This document shows positions 32,501-50,500 of a stretch of 64,000 nt of DNA, piece by piece; position 1 is the first letter of the stretch, and each line of letters opens with the position of its first letter. A program made the position numbers and the translations under genes. The DNA comes from Eledone cirrhosa (lineage: Eukaryota), in the NCBI GenBank assembly GCA_964016885.1, contig OZ024742.1:352346001-352410000 (forward strand), given 5' to 3'. Below the pieces are notes generated by a model. The model saw only the letters and a program-made list of their open reading frames with translations, was not told where the DNA came from and did not search any database.

Positions 32501-35080
32501 CTTCAGCAACACAAACACCATCACCACATTCAGCAACAGACACACCATCACCACCATCAGCAACAGAAACACCATCACCACATCCAGCAACAGAAACACC
32601 ATCACCACCAGCAGCAACATAACCACCATCACCACCTACAGCAACATAACCGCCATCACCACCTTCAGCAACATAAACACCATCACCACCTTCAGCAACA
32701 TAAACACCATCACCGTCTACAGCAACAGAAACACCATCACCACCTTCAGCAACATAACCACCATCACCACCTTCAGCAACAGAAACACCATCACCACCAT
32801 CAGCAACATAAACACCATCACCACCATCAGCAACATAACCACCATCACCACCATCAGCAACAGAAACACCATCAACACCTTCGGCAACACAAACACCATC
32901 ACCACCTACAGCAACATAACCACCATCACCACCTTCATCAACAGTCACACCATCACCACCATCAGCAACACATACACCATCACCACCATCAGCAACAGAC
33001 ACACCATCACCACCATCAGCAACATAAACACCATCACCACCTTCAACAACACATACACCATCACCACCTTCAGCAACATAACCACTTCAATACATTCAGC
33101 AACAGAAACACCATCACCACCATCACCAACAGAAACACCATCACCACCTTCAGCAACAGAAACACCATCACCACCTTCAGCAACATTAACACCATCACCG
33201 CCTACAGTAACATAAACACCATCACCAACTTCAGCAACATAACCACCATCACCACTTTCAGCAACAGAAACACCATCACCACCATCAGCAACATAAACAC
33301 CATCACCACCATCAGCAACATAACCATCATCACCACCTTCAGCAACAGAAACACCATCACCACATTCAGCAACAGAAACACCATCACCACCTTCAGCAAC
33401 AGAAACACCATCACCACCATCAGCAACATAAACACCATCACCACCTTCAGCAACACAAACACCATCACCACATTCAGCAACAGACAGACCATCACCACCA
33501 TCAGCAACAGAAACACCATCACCACATTCAGCAACAGAAACACCATCACCACCAGCAGCAACATAACCACCATCACCACCTACAGCAACATAACCGCCAT
33601 CACCACCTTCAGCAACATAAACACCATCACCACCTTCAGCAACATAAACACCATCACCGCCTACAGCAACAAAAACACCATCACCACCTTCAGCAACATA
33701 ACCACCATCACCACCTTCAGCAACAGAAACACCATCACCACCATCAGCAACATAAACACCATCACCACCATCAGCAACATAACCACCATCACCACCATCA
33801 GCAACAGAAACACCATCAACACCTTCGGCAACACAAACACCATCACCACCTACAGCAACATAACCACCATCACCACCTTCATCAACAGTCACACCATCAC
33901 CACCATCAGCAACACATACACCATCACCACCATCAGCAACATACACACCATCACCACCTTCAGCAACATAACCACCTCAATACCTTCAGCAACAGAAACA
34001 CCATCACCACCATCACCAACAGAAACACCATCACCACCTTCAGCAACAGAAACACCATCACCACCTTCAGCAACAGAAACACCTTCACCATCATCAGCAA
34101 CAGAAACACCATCACCACCTTCAGCAACAGAAACACCATCACCACCTTCAGCAACATAAACACAATCACCACCTTCAGCAACATTAACACCATCACCACC
34201 ATCACCACCATCAGCAACAGAATCACCATCACCATCATCAGCAACAGAAACACCATCACCACCTTCAGCAACACATACACCATCACCACCATCAGCAACA
34301 TTAACACCATCACCACCATCAGCAACTGAAACACCATCACCACCATCAGCAACATAAACACCATCACCACCATCAGCAACAGAATCACCATCACCACCTT
34401 CAGCAACAGAAACACCATCACCACCATCAGCAACAGAAACACCATCATCACCATCAGCAACATAAACACCATCACCACCTTCAGCAACAGAAACTCCATC
34501 ACCACCATCAGCAACAGAAACACCATCACCACCTTCAGCAACAGAAACACCATCACCACCTTCAGCAACATAAACACCATCACCGCCTACAGCAACAGAA
34601 ACACCATCACCACCTTCAGCAACATAACCACCATCACCACTTTCAGCAACAGAAACACCATCACCACCATCAGCAACAGAAACACCATCACCACCTTCAG
34701 CAACAGAAACACCATCACCACCTTCAGCAACAGAAACACCATCACCACCATCAGCAACATAAACACCATCACCATCTTCAGCAACATAAACACCATCACC
34801 ACCTTCAGCAACACAAACACCATCACCACATTCAGCAACAGACAGACCATCACCACCATCAGCAACAGAAACACCATCACCACATTCAGCAACATAAACG
34901 CCATCACCACCATCAGCAACAGAAACACCATCACCACATTCAGCAACAGAAACACCATCACCACCAGCAGCAACATAACCACCATCACCACCTACAGCAA
35001 CATAACCGCCATCACCACCTTCAGCAACATAAACACCATCACCACCTTCAGCAACATAACCACCATCACCACCTTCAGCA
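29600..35080. repeat. Higher-order duplication in the satellite, offset ~2.65-2.95 kb
   Basis: Matching peptides at 29995/32945 and 30252/33202 (offset 2950), and at 31934/34587 (offset 2653). Confidence 0.8.
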
Positions 35081-38000
35081 ACTTAATCACCATCACCACC
35101 TACAGCAACATAAACACCATCACCAACTTCAGCAACAGAAACACCATCACCACCTTCAGCAACATAACCACCATCACCACCTTCAGCAACAGAAACACCA
35201 TCACCACCTTCAGCAACAGAAACACCATCACCACCAGCAGCAACATAACCACCATCACCACCTTCAGCAACATAACCACCATCACCACCATCAGCAACAT
35301 AACCACCATCACCACCTTCAGCAACAGAAACACCATCACCACCTTCAGCAACAGAAACACCATCACCACCTTCAGCAACAGAAACACCATCACCACCTTC
35401 AGCAACAGAAACACCATCACCACCTTCAGCAACAGAAACACCATCACAACCATCAGCAACATAAACACCATCACCACCTACAGCAACATAACCACCATCA
35501 CCACCTTCAGCAACATAAACACCATCACCACCTTCAGCAACATAAACACTATCACCACATTCAGCAACAGACAGACCATCACCACCATCAGCAACAGAAA
35601 CACCATCACCACATTCAGCAACAGAAACACCATCACCACCTACAGCAACATAACCACCATCACCACCTTCAGCAACATAAGCACCATCACCACCATCAGC
35701 AACATGACCACCATCACCACCTTCAGCAACATAAACGCCATCACCATCATCAGCAACAGAAACACCATCACCACCTTCAGCAACACATACACCATCACCA
35801 ACACCAGCAACAGAAACACCATCACCACCTTCAGCAACAGAAACACCATCACCACCTTCAGCAACAGAAACACCATCACCATCATCAGCAACAGAAACAC
35901 CATCACCACCTACAGCAACATAACCACCATCACCACCACCAGCAACATAAACACCATCACCACCTTCAGCAACAGAAACACCATCACCACCTTCAGCAAC
36001 AGAAACACCATCACCATCATCAGCAACAGAAACACCATCACCACCTTCAGCAACAGAAGCACCATCACCACCATCAGCAACAGAAACACCATCACCACCT
36101 TCAGCAACATAACCACCATCACCACCTTCAGCAACAGAAACACCATCACCACCATCAGCAACATGACCACCATCACCACCTTCAGCAACATAACCACCAT
36201 CACCACTTTCAGCAACATAAACACCATGACCACCTTCAGCAACATAACCACCATCACCACCATCAGCAACAGAAACACCATCACCACCTTCAGCAACATA
36301 ACCACCATCACCACTTTCAGCAACAGAAACACCATCACCACCATCAGCAACAGAAACACCATCACCATCGTCAGCAACATAAACACCATCACCATCTTCA
36401 GCAACATAAACACCATCACCACCTTCAGCAACACAAACACTATCACCACATTCAGCAACAGACAAACCATCACCACCATCAGCAACAGAAACACCATCAC
36501 CACATTCAGCAACAGAAACACCATCACCACCAGCAGCAACATAACCACCATCACCACCTACAGCATCATAACCGCCATCACCACCTTCAGCAACAGAAAC
36601 ACCATCACCACCATCAGCAACATAACCACCATCACCACCAGCAGCAACATAACCACCATCACCACCTTCAGCAACATAACCACCATCACCACCATCAGCA
36701 ACATAACCACCATCACCACCTTCAGCAACAGAAACATCATCACCAACATCAGCAACAGAAACAACATCACCACCATCAGCAACGGAAACACCATCACCAC
36801 CATCAGCAACATAAACACCATCACCACCTTCAGCAACAGAAACACCATCACCACCATCAGCAACATAAACACCATCACCACCTTCAGCAACAGAAACACC
36901 ATCACCACCATCAGCAACAGAAACACCATCACCACCATCAGCAACATAAAAACCATCACCACCTTCAGCAACAGAAACTCCATCACCACCATCAGCAACA
37001 GAAACACCACAACCACCTCCAGCAACATAACGACCCTCACCACCTTCAGCAACAGAAACACCATCACCACCATCAGCAACATAACCACCATCACCAACTT
37101 CAGCAACAGAAACACCATCACCACCATCAGCAACAGAAACACCATCACCTCCATCAGCAACAGAAACACCATCACCACCTTCAGCAACAGAAACACCATC
37201 ACCACCTTCAGCAACAGAAACATCATCACCACCTTCAGCAACATAACTACCATCACCACCTTCAGCAACAGAAACACCATCACCACCATCAGCAACATAA
37301 ACACCATCACCACCATCAGCAACATAACCACCATCACCACCATCAGCAACAGAAACACCATCAGCACCTTCAGCAACACAAACACCATCACCACCTACAG
37401 CAACATAACCACCATCACCACCTTCATCAACAGTCACACCATCACCACCATCAGCAACACATACACCATCACCACCATCAGCAACAGACACACCATCACC
37501 ACCATCAGCAACATAAACACCACCACCACCTTCAACAACACATACACCATCACCACCTTCAGCAACATAACCACCTCAACACCTTCAGCAACAGAAACAC
37601 CATCACCACCTTCAGCAACAGAAACACCATCACCACCGCCAGCCACAGAAACACCATCACTACCTTCAGCAACATTAACACCACCACCACCTTCAACAAC
37701 ACATACACCATCACCACCTTCAGCAACATAACCACCTCAACACCTTCAGCAACAGAAACACCATCACCACCTTCAGCAACAGAAACACCATCACCACCGC
37801 CAGCAACAGAAACACAATCACCACCATCAGCAACAGAAACACCATCACCATCATCAGCAACAGAAACACCATCACCACCTTCAGCAACACATACACCATC
37901 ACCACCATCAGCAACAGAAACACCATCACCACCTTCAGCAACATTAACACCATCACCACCATCAGCAACTGAAACACCAACACCACCATCAGCAACATAA

Positions 38001-41000
38001 ACACCATCACCACCATCAGCAACATAATCACCATCACCACCTTCAGCAACATAAACACCATCACCACCATCAGCAACAGAAACACCATCACCAACATCAG
38101 CAACATAAACACCATCATCACCTTCAGCAACAGAATCACCATCACCACCATCAGCAACAGAAACACCATCACCACCATCAGCAACAGAATCACCATCACC
38201 ACCTTCAGCAACATAAACACCATCACCACCATCAGCAACAGAAACACCATCACCAACATCAGCAACATAAACACCATCATCACCTTCAGCAACAGAATCA
38301 CCATCACCACCATCAGCAACAGAAACACCATCACCATCGTCAGCAACAAAAACACCATCACCACCATCAGCAACAGAAATACCATCACCACCTTCAGCAA
38401 CAGAAACACCATCACCACCACATCAACACAATCACCATCACCACGTTCAGCACACAACCACCATCACCACCTTCAGCAACAGAAACACCATCACCACATT
38501 CAGCAACAGAAAGTCAATCACCACCTTCAGCAACAGAAACACCTTCACCACCTTCAGCAACATAAACACCATCACCACCTTCAGCAACATAAACACCATC
38601 ACCACATTCATCAACAGAAAGACCATCAGCACCATCAGCAACAGAATCACCATCACCACATTCAGCAACAGAAACACCATCACCACCTACAGCAACAGAA
38701 ACACCATCACCACCTACAGCAACATAACCACCGTCACCACCATCAGCAACAGAAACGCCATCACCACATTCAGCAACAGAAACACCATCACCACCTTCAG
38801 CAACATAAACACCATCACCACCTTCAGCAACAGAAACACCATCACCACCATCAGCAACATACCCACCATCACCAACTTCAGCAACATAAACACCATCACC
38901 ACCTTCAGCAACATAAACACCATCACCACCTTCAGCAACATAAACACCATCACCACCTTCAGCAACAGAAACAACATCACCACCTACAGCAACAGGAACA
39001 CCATCACCACCTTCAGCAACAGAAACACCATCACCACCTACAGCAACATAACCACCATCACCACCTTCAGCAACATAAACACCATCACCACCATCAGCAA
39101 CAGAAACACCATCACCACCATCAGTAACACATACACCATCACCACCTTCAGCAACAGAATCACCATCACCACCATCAGCAACATAAGCACAATCACCACC
39201 ATCAGCAACATAACCACCATCACCACCATCAGCAACATAACCACCATCACCACAATCAGCAACATAACCACCATCACCACCTTCAGCAACATAAACACCA
39301 TCACCACCTACAGCAACACAAACACCATCACCACATTCAGCAACAGAAAGACCAACACCATCATCAGCAACAGAAACGCCATCACCACATTCAGCAACAG
39401 AAACACCATCACCACCTTCAGCAACATAAACACCATCACCACCTTCAGCAACAGAAACACCATCACCACCATCAGCAACATACCCACCATCACCATCTTC
39501 AGCAACATAAACACCATCACCACCTTCAGCAACAGAAACACCATCACCACCTACAGCAACATAACCACCATCACCACCTTCAGCAACATAAGCACCATCA
39601 CCACCATCAGCAACATAACCACCATCACCACCTTCAGCAACATAAACACCATCACCATCATCAGCAAGAGAAACACCATCACCACCTTCAGCAACATATA
39701 CACCATCACAACCACCAGCAACAGAAACACCATCACCACCTTCAGCAACAGAAACACCATGACCACCTTCAGCAACAGAAACACCATCACCACCTTCAGC
39801 AACAGAAACACCATCACCACCTTCAGCAACAGAAACACCATCACCACCATCAGCAACATAAACACCATCACCATCATCAGCAAGAGAAACACCATCACCA
39901 CCTTCAGCAACAGAAACACCATCACCACCATCAGCAACATAACCACCATCACCACCTTCAGCAACAGTAACACCATCACCATCATCAGCAAGAGAAACAC
40001 AATCACCACCTTTAGCAACATATACACCATCACCACCACCAGCAACAGAAACACCATCACCACCTTCAGCAACAGAAACACCATCACCACCTTCAGCAAC
40101 AGAAACACCATCACCACCTTCAGCAACAGAAACACCATCACCACCTTCAGCAACAGAAACACCATCACCACCATCAGCAACATAAACACCATCACCACCT
40201 ACAGCAACATAACCACCATCACCACCTTCAGCAACATAAACACCATCACCACCTTCAGCAACATAAACACCATCACCACCTTCAGCAACTTAATCACCAT
40301 CACCACCTACAGCAACATAAACACCATCACCAACTTCAGCAACAGAAACACCATCACCACCTTCAGCAACATAACCACCATCACCACCTTCAGCAACAGA
40401 AACACCATCACCACCTTCAGCAACAGAAACACCATCACCACCATCAGCAACATAACCACCATCACCACCAGCAGCAAAATAACCACCATCACCACCTTCA
40501 GCAACATAACCACCATCACCACCATCAGCAACATAACCACCATCACCACCTTCAGCAACAGAAACACCATCACCACCTTCAGCAACAGAAACACCATCAC
40601 CACCTTCAGCAACAGAAACACCATCACCACCTTCAGCAACAGAAACACCATCACCACCTACAGCAACAGAAACACCATCACCACCTACAGCAACATAACC
40701 ACCGTCACCACCATCAGCAACAGAAACACCATCACCACATTCAGCAACAGAAACACCATCACCACCTTCAGCAACATAAACACCATCACCACCTTCAGCA
40801 ACAGAAACACCATCACCACCATCAGCAACATACCCACCATCACCACCTCCAGCAACATAAACACCATCACCACCTTCAGCAACATAAACGCCATCACCAC
40901 CTTCAGCAACATAAACACCATCACCACCTTCAGCAACAGAAACAACATCACCACCTACAGCAACAGGAACACCATCACCACCTTCAGCAACAGAAACACC

Positions 41001-44000
41001 ATCACCACCTACAGCAACATAACCACCATCACCACCTTCAGCAACATAAACACCATCACCACCATCAGCAACAGAAACACCATCACCACCATCAGTAACA
41101 CATACACCATCACCACCTTCAGCAACAGAATCACCATCACCACCATCAGCAACATAAGCACAATCACCACCATCAGCAACATAACCACCATCACCACCAT
41201 CAGCAACATAACCACCATCACCACCATCAGCAACATAACCACCATCACCACCTTCAGCAACATAAACACCATCACCACCTACAGCAACAGAAACACCATC
41301 ACCACCATCAGCAACATAAACACCATCACCACCTACAGCAACATAACCACCATCACCACCTTCAGCAACATAAACACCATCACCACCTACAGCAACACAA
41401 ACACCATCACCACATTCAGCAACAGAAAGACCAACACCATCATCAGCAACAGAAACGCCATCACCACATTCAGCAACAGAAACACCATCACCACCTTCAG
41501 CAACATAAACACCATCACCATCTTCAGCAACAGAAACACCATCACCACCATCAGCAACATACCCACCATCACCATCTTCAGCAACATAAACACCATCACC
41601 ACCTTCAGCAACAGAAACACCATCACCACCTACAGCAACATAACCACCATCACCACCTTCAGCAACATAAGCACCATCACCACCATCAGCAACATAACCA
41701 CCATCACCACCTTCAGCAACATAAACACCATCACCATCATCAGCAAGAGAAACACCATCACCACCTTCAGCAACATATACACCATCACCACCACCAGCAA
41801 CAGAAACACCATCACCACCTTCAGCAACAGAAACCCCATGACCACCTTCAGCAACAGAAACACCATCACCACCTTCAGCAACAGAAACACCATCACCACC
41901 TTCAGCAACAGAAACACCATCACCACCATCAGCAACATAAACACCATCACCATCATCAGCAAGAGAAACACCATCACCACCTTCAGCAACAGAAACACCA
42001 TCACCACCATCATCAACATAACCACCATCACCACCTTCAGCAACAGTAACACCATCACCATCATCAGCAAGAGAAACACAATCACCACCTTTAGCAACAT
42101 ATACACCATCACCACCACCAGCAACAGAAACACCATCACCACCTTCAGCAACAGTAACACCATCACCACCTTCAGCAACAGAAACACCATCACCACCTTC
42201 AGCAACAGAAACACCATCACCACCTTCAGCAACAGAAACACCATCACCACCATCAGCAACATAAACACCATCACCACCTACAGCAACATAACCACCATCA
42301 CCACCTTCAGCAACATAAACACCATCACCACCTTCAGCAACATAAACACCATCACCACCTTCAGCAACTTAATCACCATCACCACCTACAGCAACATAAA
42401 CACCATCACCAACTTCAGCAACAGAAACACCATCACCACCTTCAGCAACATAACCACCATCACCACCTTCAGCAACAGAAACACCATCACCACCTTCAGC
42501 AACAGAAACACCATCACCACCATCAGCAACATAACCACCATCACCACCAGCAGCAACATAACCACCATCACCACCTTCAGCAACATAACCACCATCACCA
42601 CCATCAGCAACATAACCACCATCACCACCTTCAGCAACAGAAACACCATCACCACCTTCAGCAACAGAAACACCATCACCACCTTCAGCAACAGAAACAC
42701 CATCACCACCTTCAGCAACAGAAACACCATCACCACCTTCAGCAACAGAAACACCATCACAACCATCAGCAACATAAACACCATCACCACCTACAGCAAC
42801 ATAACCACCATCACCACCTTCAGCAACATAAACACCATCACCACCTTCAGCAACATAAACACTATCACCACCTTCAGCAACACAAACACCATCACCACAT
42901 TCAGCAACAGACAGACCATCACCACCATCAGCAACAGAAACACCATCACCACATTCAGCAACAGAAACACCATCACCACCTACAGCAACATAACCACCAT
43001 CACCACCTTCAGCAACATAAGCACCATCACCACCATCAGCAACATGACCACCATCACCACCTTCAGCAACATAAACGCCATCACCATCATCAGCAACAGA
43101 AACACCATCACCACCTTCAGCAACACATACACCATCACCAACACCAGCAACAGAAACACCATCACCACCTTCAGCAACAGAAACACCATCACCACCTTCA
43201 GCAACAGAAACACCATCACCATCATCAGCAACAGAAACACCATCACCACCTACAGCAACATAACCACCATCACCACCACCAGCAACATAAACACCATCAC
43301 CACCTTCAGCAACAGAAACACCATCACCACCTTCAGCAACAGAAACACCATCACCATCATCAGCAACAGAAACACCATCACCACCTTCAGCAACAGAAAC
43401 ACCATCACCACCATCAGCAACAGAAACACCATCACCACCTTCAGCAACATAACCACCATCACCACCTTCAGCAACAGAAACACCATCACCACCATCAGCA
43501 ACATGACCACCATCACCACCTTCAGCAACATAACCACCATCACCACTTTCAGCAACAGAAACACCATCACCACCTTCAGCAACATAACCACCATCACCAC
43601 CTTCAGCAACAGAAACACCATCACCACCATCAGCAACAGAAACACCATCACCACCTTCAGCAACATAACCACCATCACCACTTTCAGCAACAGAAACACC
43701 ATCACCACCATCAGCAACAGAAACACCATCACCACCTTCAGCAACATAACCACCATCACCACTTTCAGCAACAGAAACACCATCACCACCATCAGCAACA
43801 GAAACACCATCACCATCGTCAGCAACATAAACACCATCACCATCTTCAGCAACATAAACACCATCACCACCTTCAGCAACACAAACACTATCACCACATT
43901 CAGCAACAGACAAACCATCACCACCATCAGCAACAGAAACACCATCACCACATTCAGCAACAGAAACACCATCACCACCAGCAGCAACATAACCACCATC

Positions 44001-47000
44001 ACCACCTACAGCATCATAACCGCCATCACCACCTTCAGCAACAGAAACACCATCACCACCATCAGCAACATAACCACCATCACCACCAGCAGCAACATAA
44101 CCACCATCACCACCTTCAGCAACATAACCACCATCACCACCATCAGCAACATAACCACCATCACCACCTTCAGCAACAGAAACACCATCACCAACATCAG
44201 CAACAGAAACAACATCACCACCATCAGCAACGGAAACACCATCACCACCATCAGCAACATAAACACCATCACCACCTTCAGCAACAGAAACACCATCACC
44301 ACCATCAGCAACATAAACACCATCACCACCTTCAGCAACAGAAACACCATCACCACCATCAGCAACAGAAACACCATCACCACCATCAGCAACATAAAAA
44401 CCATCACCACCTTCAGCAACAGAAACTCCATCACCACCATCAGCAACAGAAACACCATCACCACCTCCAGCAACATAACGACCCTCACCACCTTCAGCAA
44501 CAGAAACACCATCACCACCATCAGCAACATAACCACCATCACCAACTTCAGCAACAGAAACACCATCACCACCATCAGCAACAGGAACACCATCACCTCC
44601 ATCAGCAACAGAAACACCATCACCACCTTCAGCAACAGAAACACCATCACCACCTTCAGCAACAGAAACACCATCACCACCTTCAGCAACATAAACACCA
44701 TCACCGCCTACAGCAACAGAAACACCATCACCACCTTCAGCAACATAACCACCATCACCACCTTCAGCAACAGAAACACCATCACCACCATCAGCAACAT
44801 AAACACCATCACCACCATCAGCAACATAACCACCATCACCACCATCAGCAACAGAAACACCCGCAGCACCTTCAGCAACACAAACACCATCACCACCTAC
44901 AGCAACATAACCACCATCACCACATTCATCAACAGTCACACCATCACCACCATCAGCAACACATACACCATCACCACCATCAGCAACAGACACACCATCA
45001 CCACCATCAGCAACATAAACACCACCACCACCTTCAACAACACATACACCATCACCACCTTCAGCAACATAACCACCTCAACACCTTCAGCAACAGAAAC
45101 ACCATCACCACCTTCAGCAACAGAAACACCATCACCACCGCCAGCCACAGAAACACCATCACCACCTTCAGCAACATTAACACCATCACCACCATCAGCA
45201 ACAGAAACACAATCACCACCATCAGCAACAGAAACACCATCACCATCATCAGCAACATAAACACCATCACCACCTTCAGCAACACATACACCATCACCAC
45301 CATCAGCAACAGAAACACCATCACCACCTTCAGCAACATTAACACCATCACCACCATCAGCAACTGAAACACCATCACCACCATCAGCAACACAAACACC
45401 ATCACCACCATCAGCAACAGAATCACCATCACCACCTTCAGCAACATAAACACCATCACCACCATCAGCAACAGAAACACCATCACCAACATCAGCAACA
45501 TAAACACCATCATCACCTTCAGCAACAGAATCACCATCACCACCATCAGCAACAGAAACACCATCACCATCGTCAGCAACAAAAACACCATCACCACCAT
45601 CAGCAACAGAAACACCATCACCACCTTCAGCAACAGAAACACCATCACCACCACATCAACACAATCACCATCACCACGTTCAGCACACAACCACCATCAC
45701 CACCTTCAGCAACAGAAACACCATCACCACATTCAGCAACAGAAAGTCAATCACCACCTTCAGCAACAGAAACACCTTCACCACCTTCAGCAACATAAAC
45801 ACCATCACCACCTTCAGCAACATAAACACCATCACCACATTCATCAACAGAAAGACCATCAGCACCATCAGCAACAGAAACACCATCACCACATTCAGCA
45901 ACAGAAACACCATCACCACCTACAGCAACAGAAACACCATCACCACCTACAGCAACATAACCACCGTCACCACCATCAGCAACAGAAACACCATCACCAC
46001 ATTCAGCAACAGAAACACCATCACCACCTTCAGCAACATAAACACCATCACCACCTTCAGCAACAGAAACACCATCACCACCATCAGCAACATACCCACC
46101 ATCACCACCTTCAGCAACATAAACACCATCACCACCTTCAGCAACATAAACACCATCACCACCTTCAGCAACATAAACACCATCACCACCTTCAGCAACA
46201 GAAACAACATCACCACCTACAGCAACAGGAACACCATCACCACCTTCAGCAACAGAAACACCATCACCACCTACAGCAACATAACCACCATCACCACCTT
46301 CAGCAACAGAATCACCATCACCACCATCAGCAACATAAGCACAATCACCACCATCAGCAACATAACCACCATCACCACCATCAGCAACATAACCACCATC
46401 ACCACCATCAGCAACATAACCACCATCACCACCTTCAGCAACATAAACACCATCACCACCTACAGCAACAGAAACACCATCACCACCATCAGCAACATAA
46501 ACACCATCACCACCTACAGCAACATAACCACCATCACCACCTTCAGCAACATAAACACCATCACCACCTACAGCAACACAAACACCATCACCACATTCAG
46601 CAACAGAAAGACCAACACCATCATCAGCAACAGAAACGCCATCACCACATTCAGCAACAGAAACACCATCACCACCTTCAGCAACATAAACACCATCACC
46701 ACCTTCAGCAACAGAAACACCATCACCACCATCAGCAACATACCCACCATCACCATCTTCAGCAACATAAACACCATCACCACCTTCAGCAACAGAAACA
46801 CCATCACCACCTACAGCAGCATAACCACCATCACCACCTTCAGCAACATAAGCACCATCATCACCATCAGCAACATAACCACCATCACCACCTTCAGCAA
46901 CATAAACACCATCACCATCATCAGCAAGAGAAACACCATCACCACCTTCAGCAACATATACACCATCACCACCACCAGCAACAGAAACACCATCACCACC

Positions 47001-47500
47001 TTCAGCAACAGAAACACCATGACCACCTTCAGCAACAGAAACACCATCACCACCTTCAGCAACAGAAACACCATCACCACCTTCAGCAACAGAAACACCA
47101 TCACCACCATCAGCAACATAAACACCATCACCATCATCAGCAAGAGAAACACCATCACCACCTTCAGCAACAGAAACACCATCACCACCATCAGCAACAT
47201 AACCACCATCACCACCTTCAGCAACAGTAACACCATCACCATCATCAGCAAGAGAAACACAATCACCACCTTTAGCAACATATACACCATCACCACCACC
47301 AGCAACAGAAACACCATCACCACCTTCAGCAACAGAAACACCATCACCACCTTCAGCAACAGAAACACCATCACCACCTTCAGCAACAGAAACACCATCA
47401 CCACCTTCAGCAACAGAAACACCATCACCACCATCAGCAACATAAACACCATCACCACCTACAGCAACATAACCACCATCACCACCTTCAGCAACATAAA
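35080..47500. repeat. Higher-order duplication, offset ~7.2-7.5 kb, containing an inner ~2.0-2.1 kb duplication
   Basis: Outer matches at 35100/42386, 35640/42980, 37434/44936 and 38447/45680. Inner matches at 38714/40685 and 39551/41630. Confidence 0.75.
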
Positions 47501-50500
47501 CACCATCACCACCTTCAGCAACATAAACACCATCACCACCTTCAGCAACACAAACTCCATCACCACATTCAGCAACAGACAGACCATCACCACCATCAGC
47601 ATCAGAAACACCATCACCACATTCAGCAACATAAACACCATCACCACCTACAGCAACATAACCACCATCACCACCTACAGCAACATAACCCCCATCACCA
47701 CCTTCACCAACATAAGCACCATCACCACCATCAGCAACATAACCACCATCACCACCTTCAGCAACATAAACACCATCACCATCATCAGCAACAGAAACAC
47801 CAGCACCACCTTCAGCAACACATACACCATCACCAACACCAGCAACAGAAACACCATCACCAACTTCAGCAACAGAAACACCATCACCACCTTCAGCAAC
47901 AGAAACACCATCACCATCATCAGCAACAGAAACACCATCACCACCTACAGTAACATAACCACCATCACCACCACCAGCAACATAAACACCATCACCACCT
48001 TCAGCAACAGAAACACCATCACCACCTTCAGCAACAGAAACACCATCACCATCATCAGCAACAGAAACACTATCACCAACTTCAGCAACAGAAACGCCAT
48101 CACCACCTTCAGCAACAGAAAAACCATCACCACCATCAGCAACATAACCACCATCACCACCAGCAGCAACATAACCACCATCACCACCTTCAGCAACATA
48201 ACCACCATCACCACCATCAGCAACATAACCACCATCACCACCTTCAGCAACAGAAACACCATCACCACCATCAGCAACATAAACACCATCACCACCATCA
48301 GCAACAGAAACACCATCACCACCATCAGCAACATAAACACCATCACCACCTTCAGCAACAGAAACACCATCACCACCTTCAGCAACAGAAACACCATCAC
48401 CACCACAGCAACACAAACACCATCACCACGTTCAGCACATAACCACCATCACCACCTTCAGCAACAGAAACACCATCACCACATTCAGCAACAGAAAGTC
48501 CATCACCACCTTCAGCAACAGAAACACCTTCACCACCTTCAGCAACATAAACACCATCACCACCTTCAGCAACATAAACACCATCAACACATTCATCAAC
48601 AGAAAGACCATCACCACCATCAGCAACAGAAACACCATCACCACATTCAGCAACAGAAACACCATCACCACCTACAGCAACAGAAACACCATCACCACCT
48701 ACAGCAACATAACCACCGTCACCACCATCAGCAACAGAAACACCATCACCAACATCAGCAACATAAACACCATCATCACCTTCAGCAACAGAATCACCAT
48801 CACCACCATCAGCAACAGAAACACCATCACCATCGTCAGCAACAAAAACACCATCACCACCTTCAGCAACATTAACACCATCACCACCATCAGCAACTGA
48901 AACACCATCACCACCATCAGCAACATAAACACCATCACCACCATCAGCAACAGAATCACCATCACCACCTTCAGCAACATAAACACCATCACCACCATCA
49001 GCAACAGAAACACCATCACCAACATCAGCAACATAAACACCATCATCACCTTCAGCAACAGAATCACCATCACCACCATCAGCAACAGAAACACCATCAC
49101 CATCGTCAGCAACAAAAACACCATCACCAGCATCAGCAACAGAAACACCATCACCACCTTCAGCAACAGAAACACCATCACCACCACATCAACACAATCA
49201 CCATCACCACGTTCAGCACACAACCACCATCACCACCTTCAGCAACAGAAACACCATCACCACATTCAGCAACAGAAAGTCAATCACCACCTTCAGCAAC
49301 AGAAACACCTTCACCACCTTCAGCAACATAAACACCATCACCACCTTCAGCAACATAAACACCATCACCACATTCATCAACAGAAAGACCATCAGCACCA
49401 TCAGCAACAGAAACACCATCACCACATTCAGCAACAGAAACACCATCACCACCTACAGCAACAGAAACACCATCACCACCTACAGCAACATAACCACCGT
49501 CACCACCAACAGCAACAGAAACACCATCACCACATTCAGCAACAGAAACACCATCACCACCTTCAGCAACATAAACACCATCACCACCTTCAGCAACAGA
49601 AACACCATCACCACCATCAGCAACATACCCACCATCACCACCTTCAGCAACATAAACACCATCACCACCTTCAGCAACATAAACACCATCACCACCTTCA
49701 GCAACATAAACACCATCACCACCTTCAGCAACAGAAACAACATCACCACCTACAGCAACAGGAACACCATCACCACCTTCAGCAACAGAAACACCATCAC
49801 CACCTACAGCAACATAACCACCATCACCACCTTCAGCAACAGAATCACCATCACCACCATCAGCAACATAAGCACAATCACCACCATCAGCAACATAACC
49901 ACCATCACCACCATCAGCAACATAACCACCATCACCACCATCAGCAACATAACCACCATCACCACCTTCAGCAACATAAACACCATCACCACCTACAGCA
50001 ACAGAAACACCATCACCACCATCAGCAACATAAACACCATCACCACCATCAGCAACAGAATCACCATCACCACCATCAGCAACAGAAACACCATCACCAT
50101 CGTCAGCAACAAAAACACCATCACCACCTTCAGCAACATTAACACCATCACCACCATCAGCAACTGAAACACCATCACCACCATCAGCAACATAAACACC
50201 ATCACCACCATCAGCAACAGAATCACCATCACCACCTTCAGCAACATAAACACCATCACCACCATCAGCAACAGAAACACCATCACCAACATCAGCAACA
50301 TAAACACCATCATCACCTTCAGCAACAGAATCACCATCACCACCATCAGCAACAGAAACACCATCACCATCGTCAGCAACAAAAACACCATCACCACCAT
50401 CAGCAACAGAAACACCATCACCACCTTCAGCAACAGAAACACCATCACCACCACATCAACACAATCACCATCACCACGTTCAGCACACAACCACCATCAC

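Noticed and set aside
39759-45260. 1,833-aa Thr/Asn/Ile mucin-like ORF, plus His/Gln-rich frames
   Set aside because: The ATG is a point variant of ATC, the frame shifts at indel monomers, and the common variants are non-synonymous. Length is explained by base composition.
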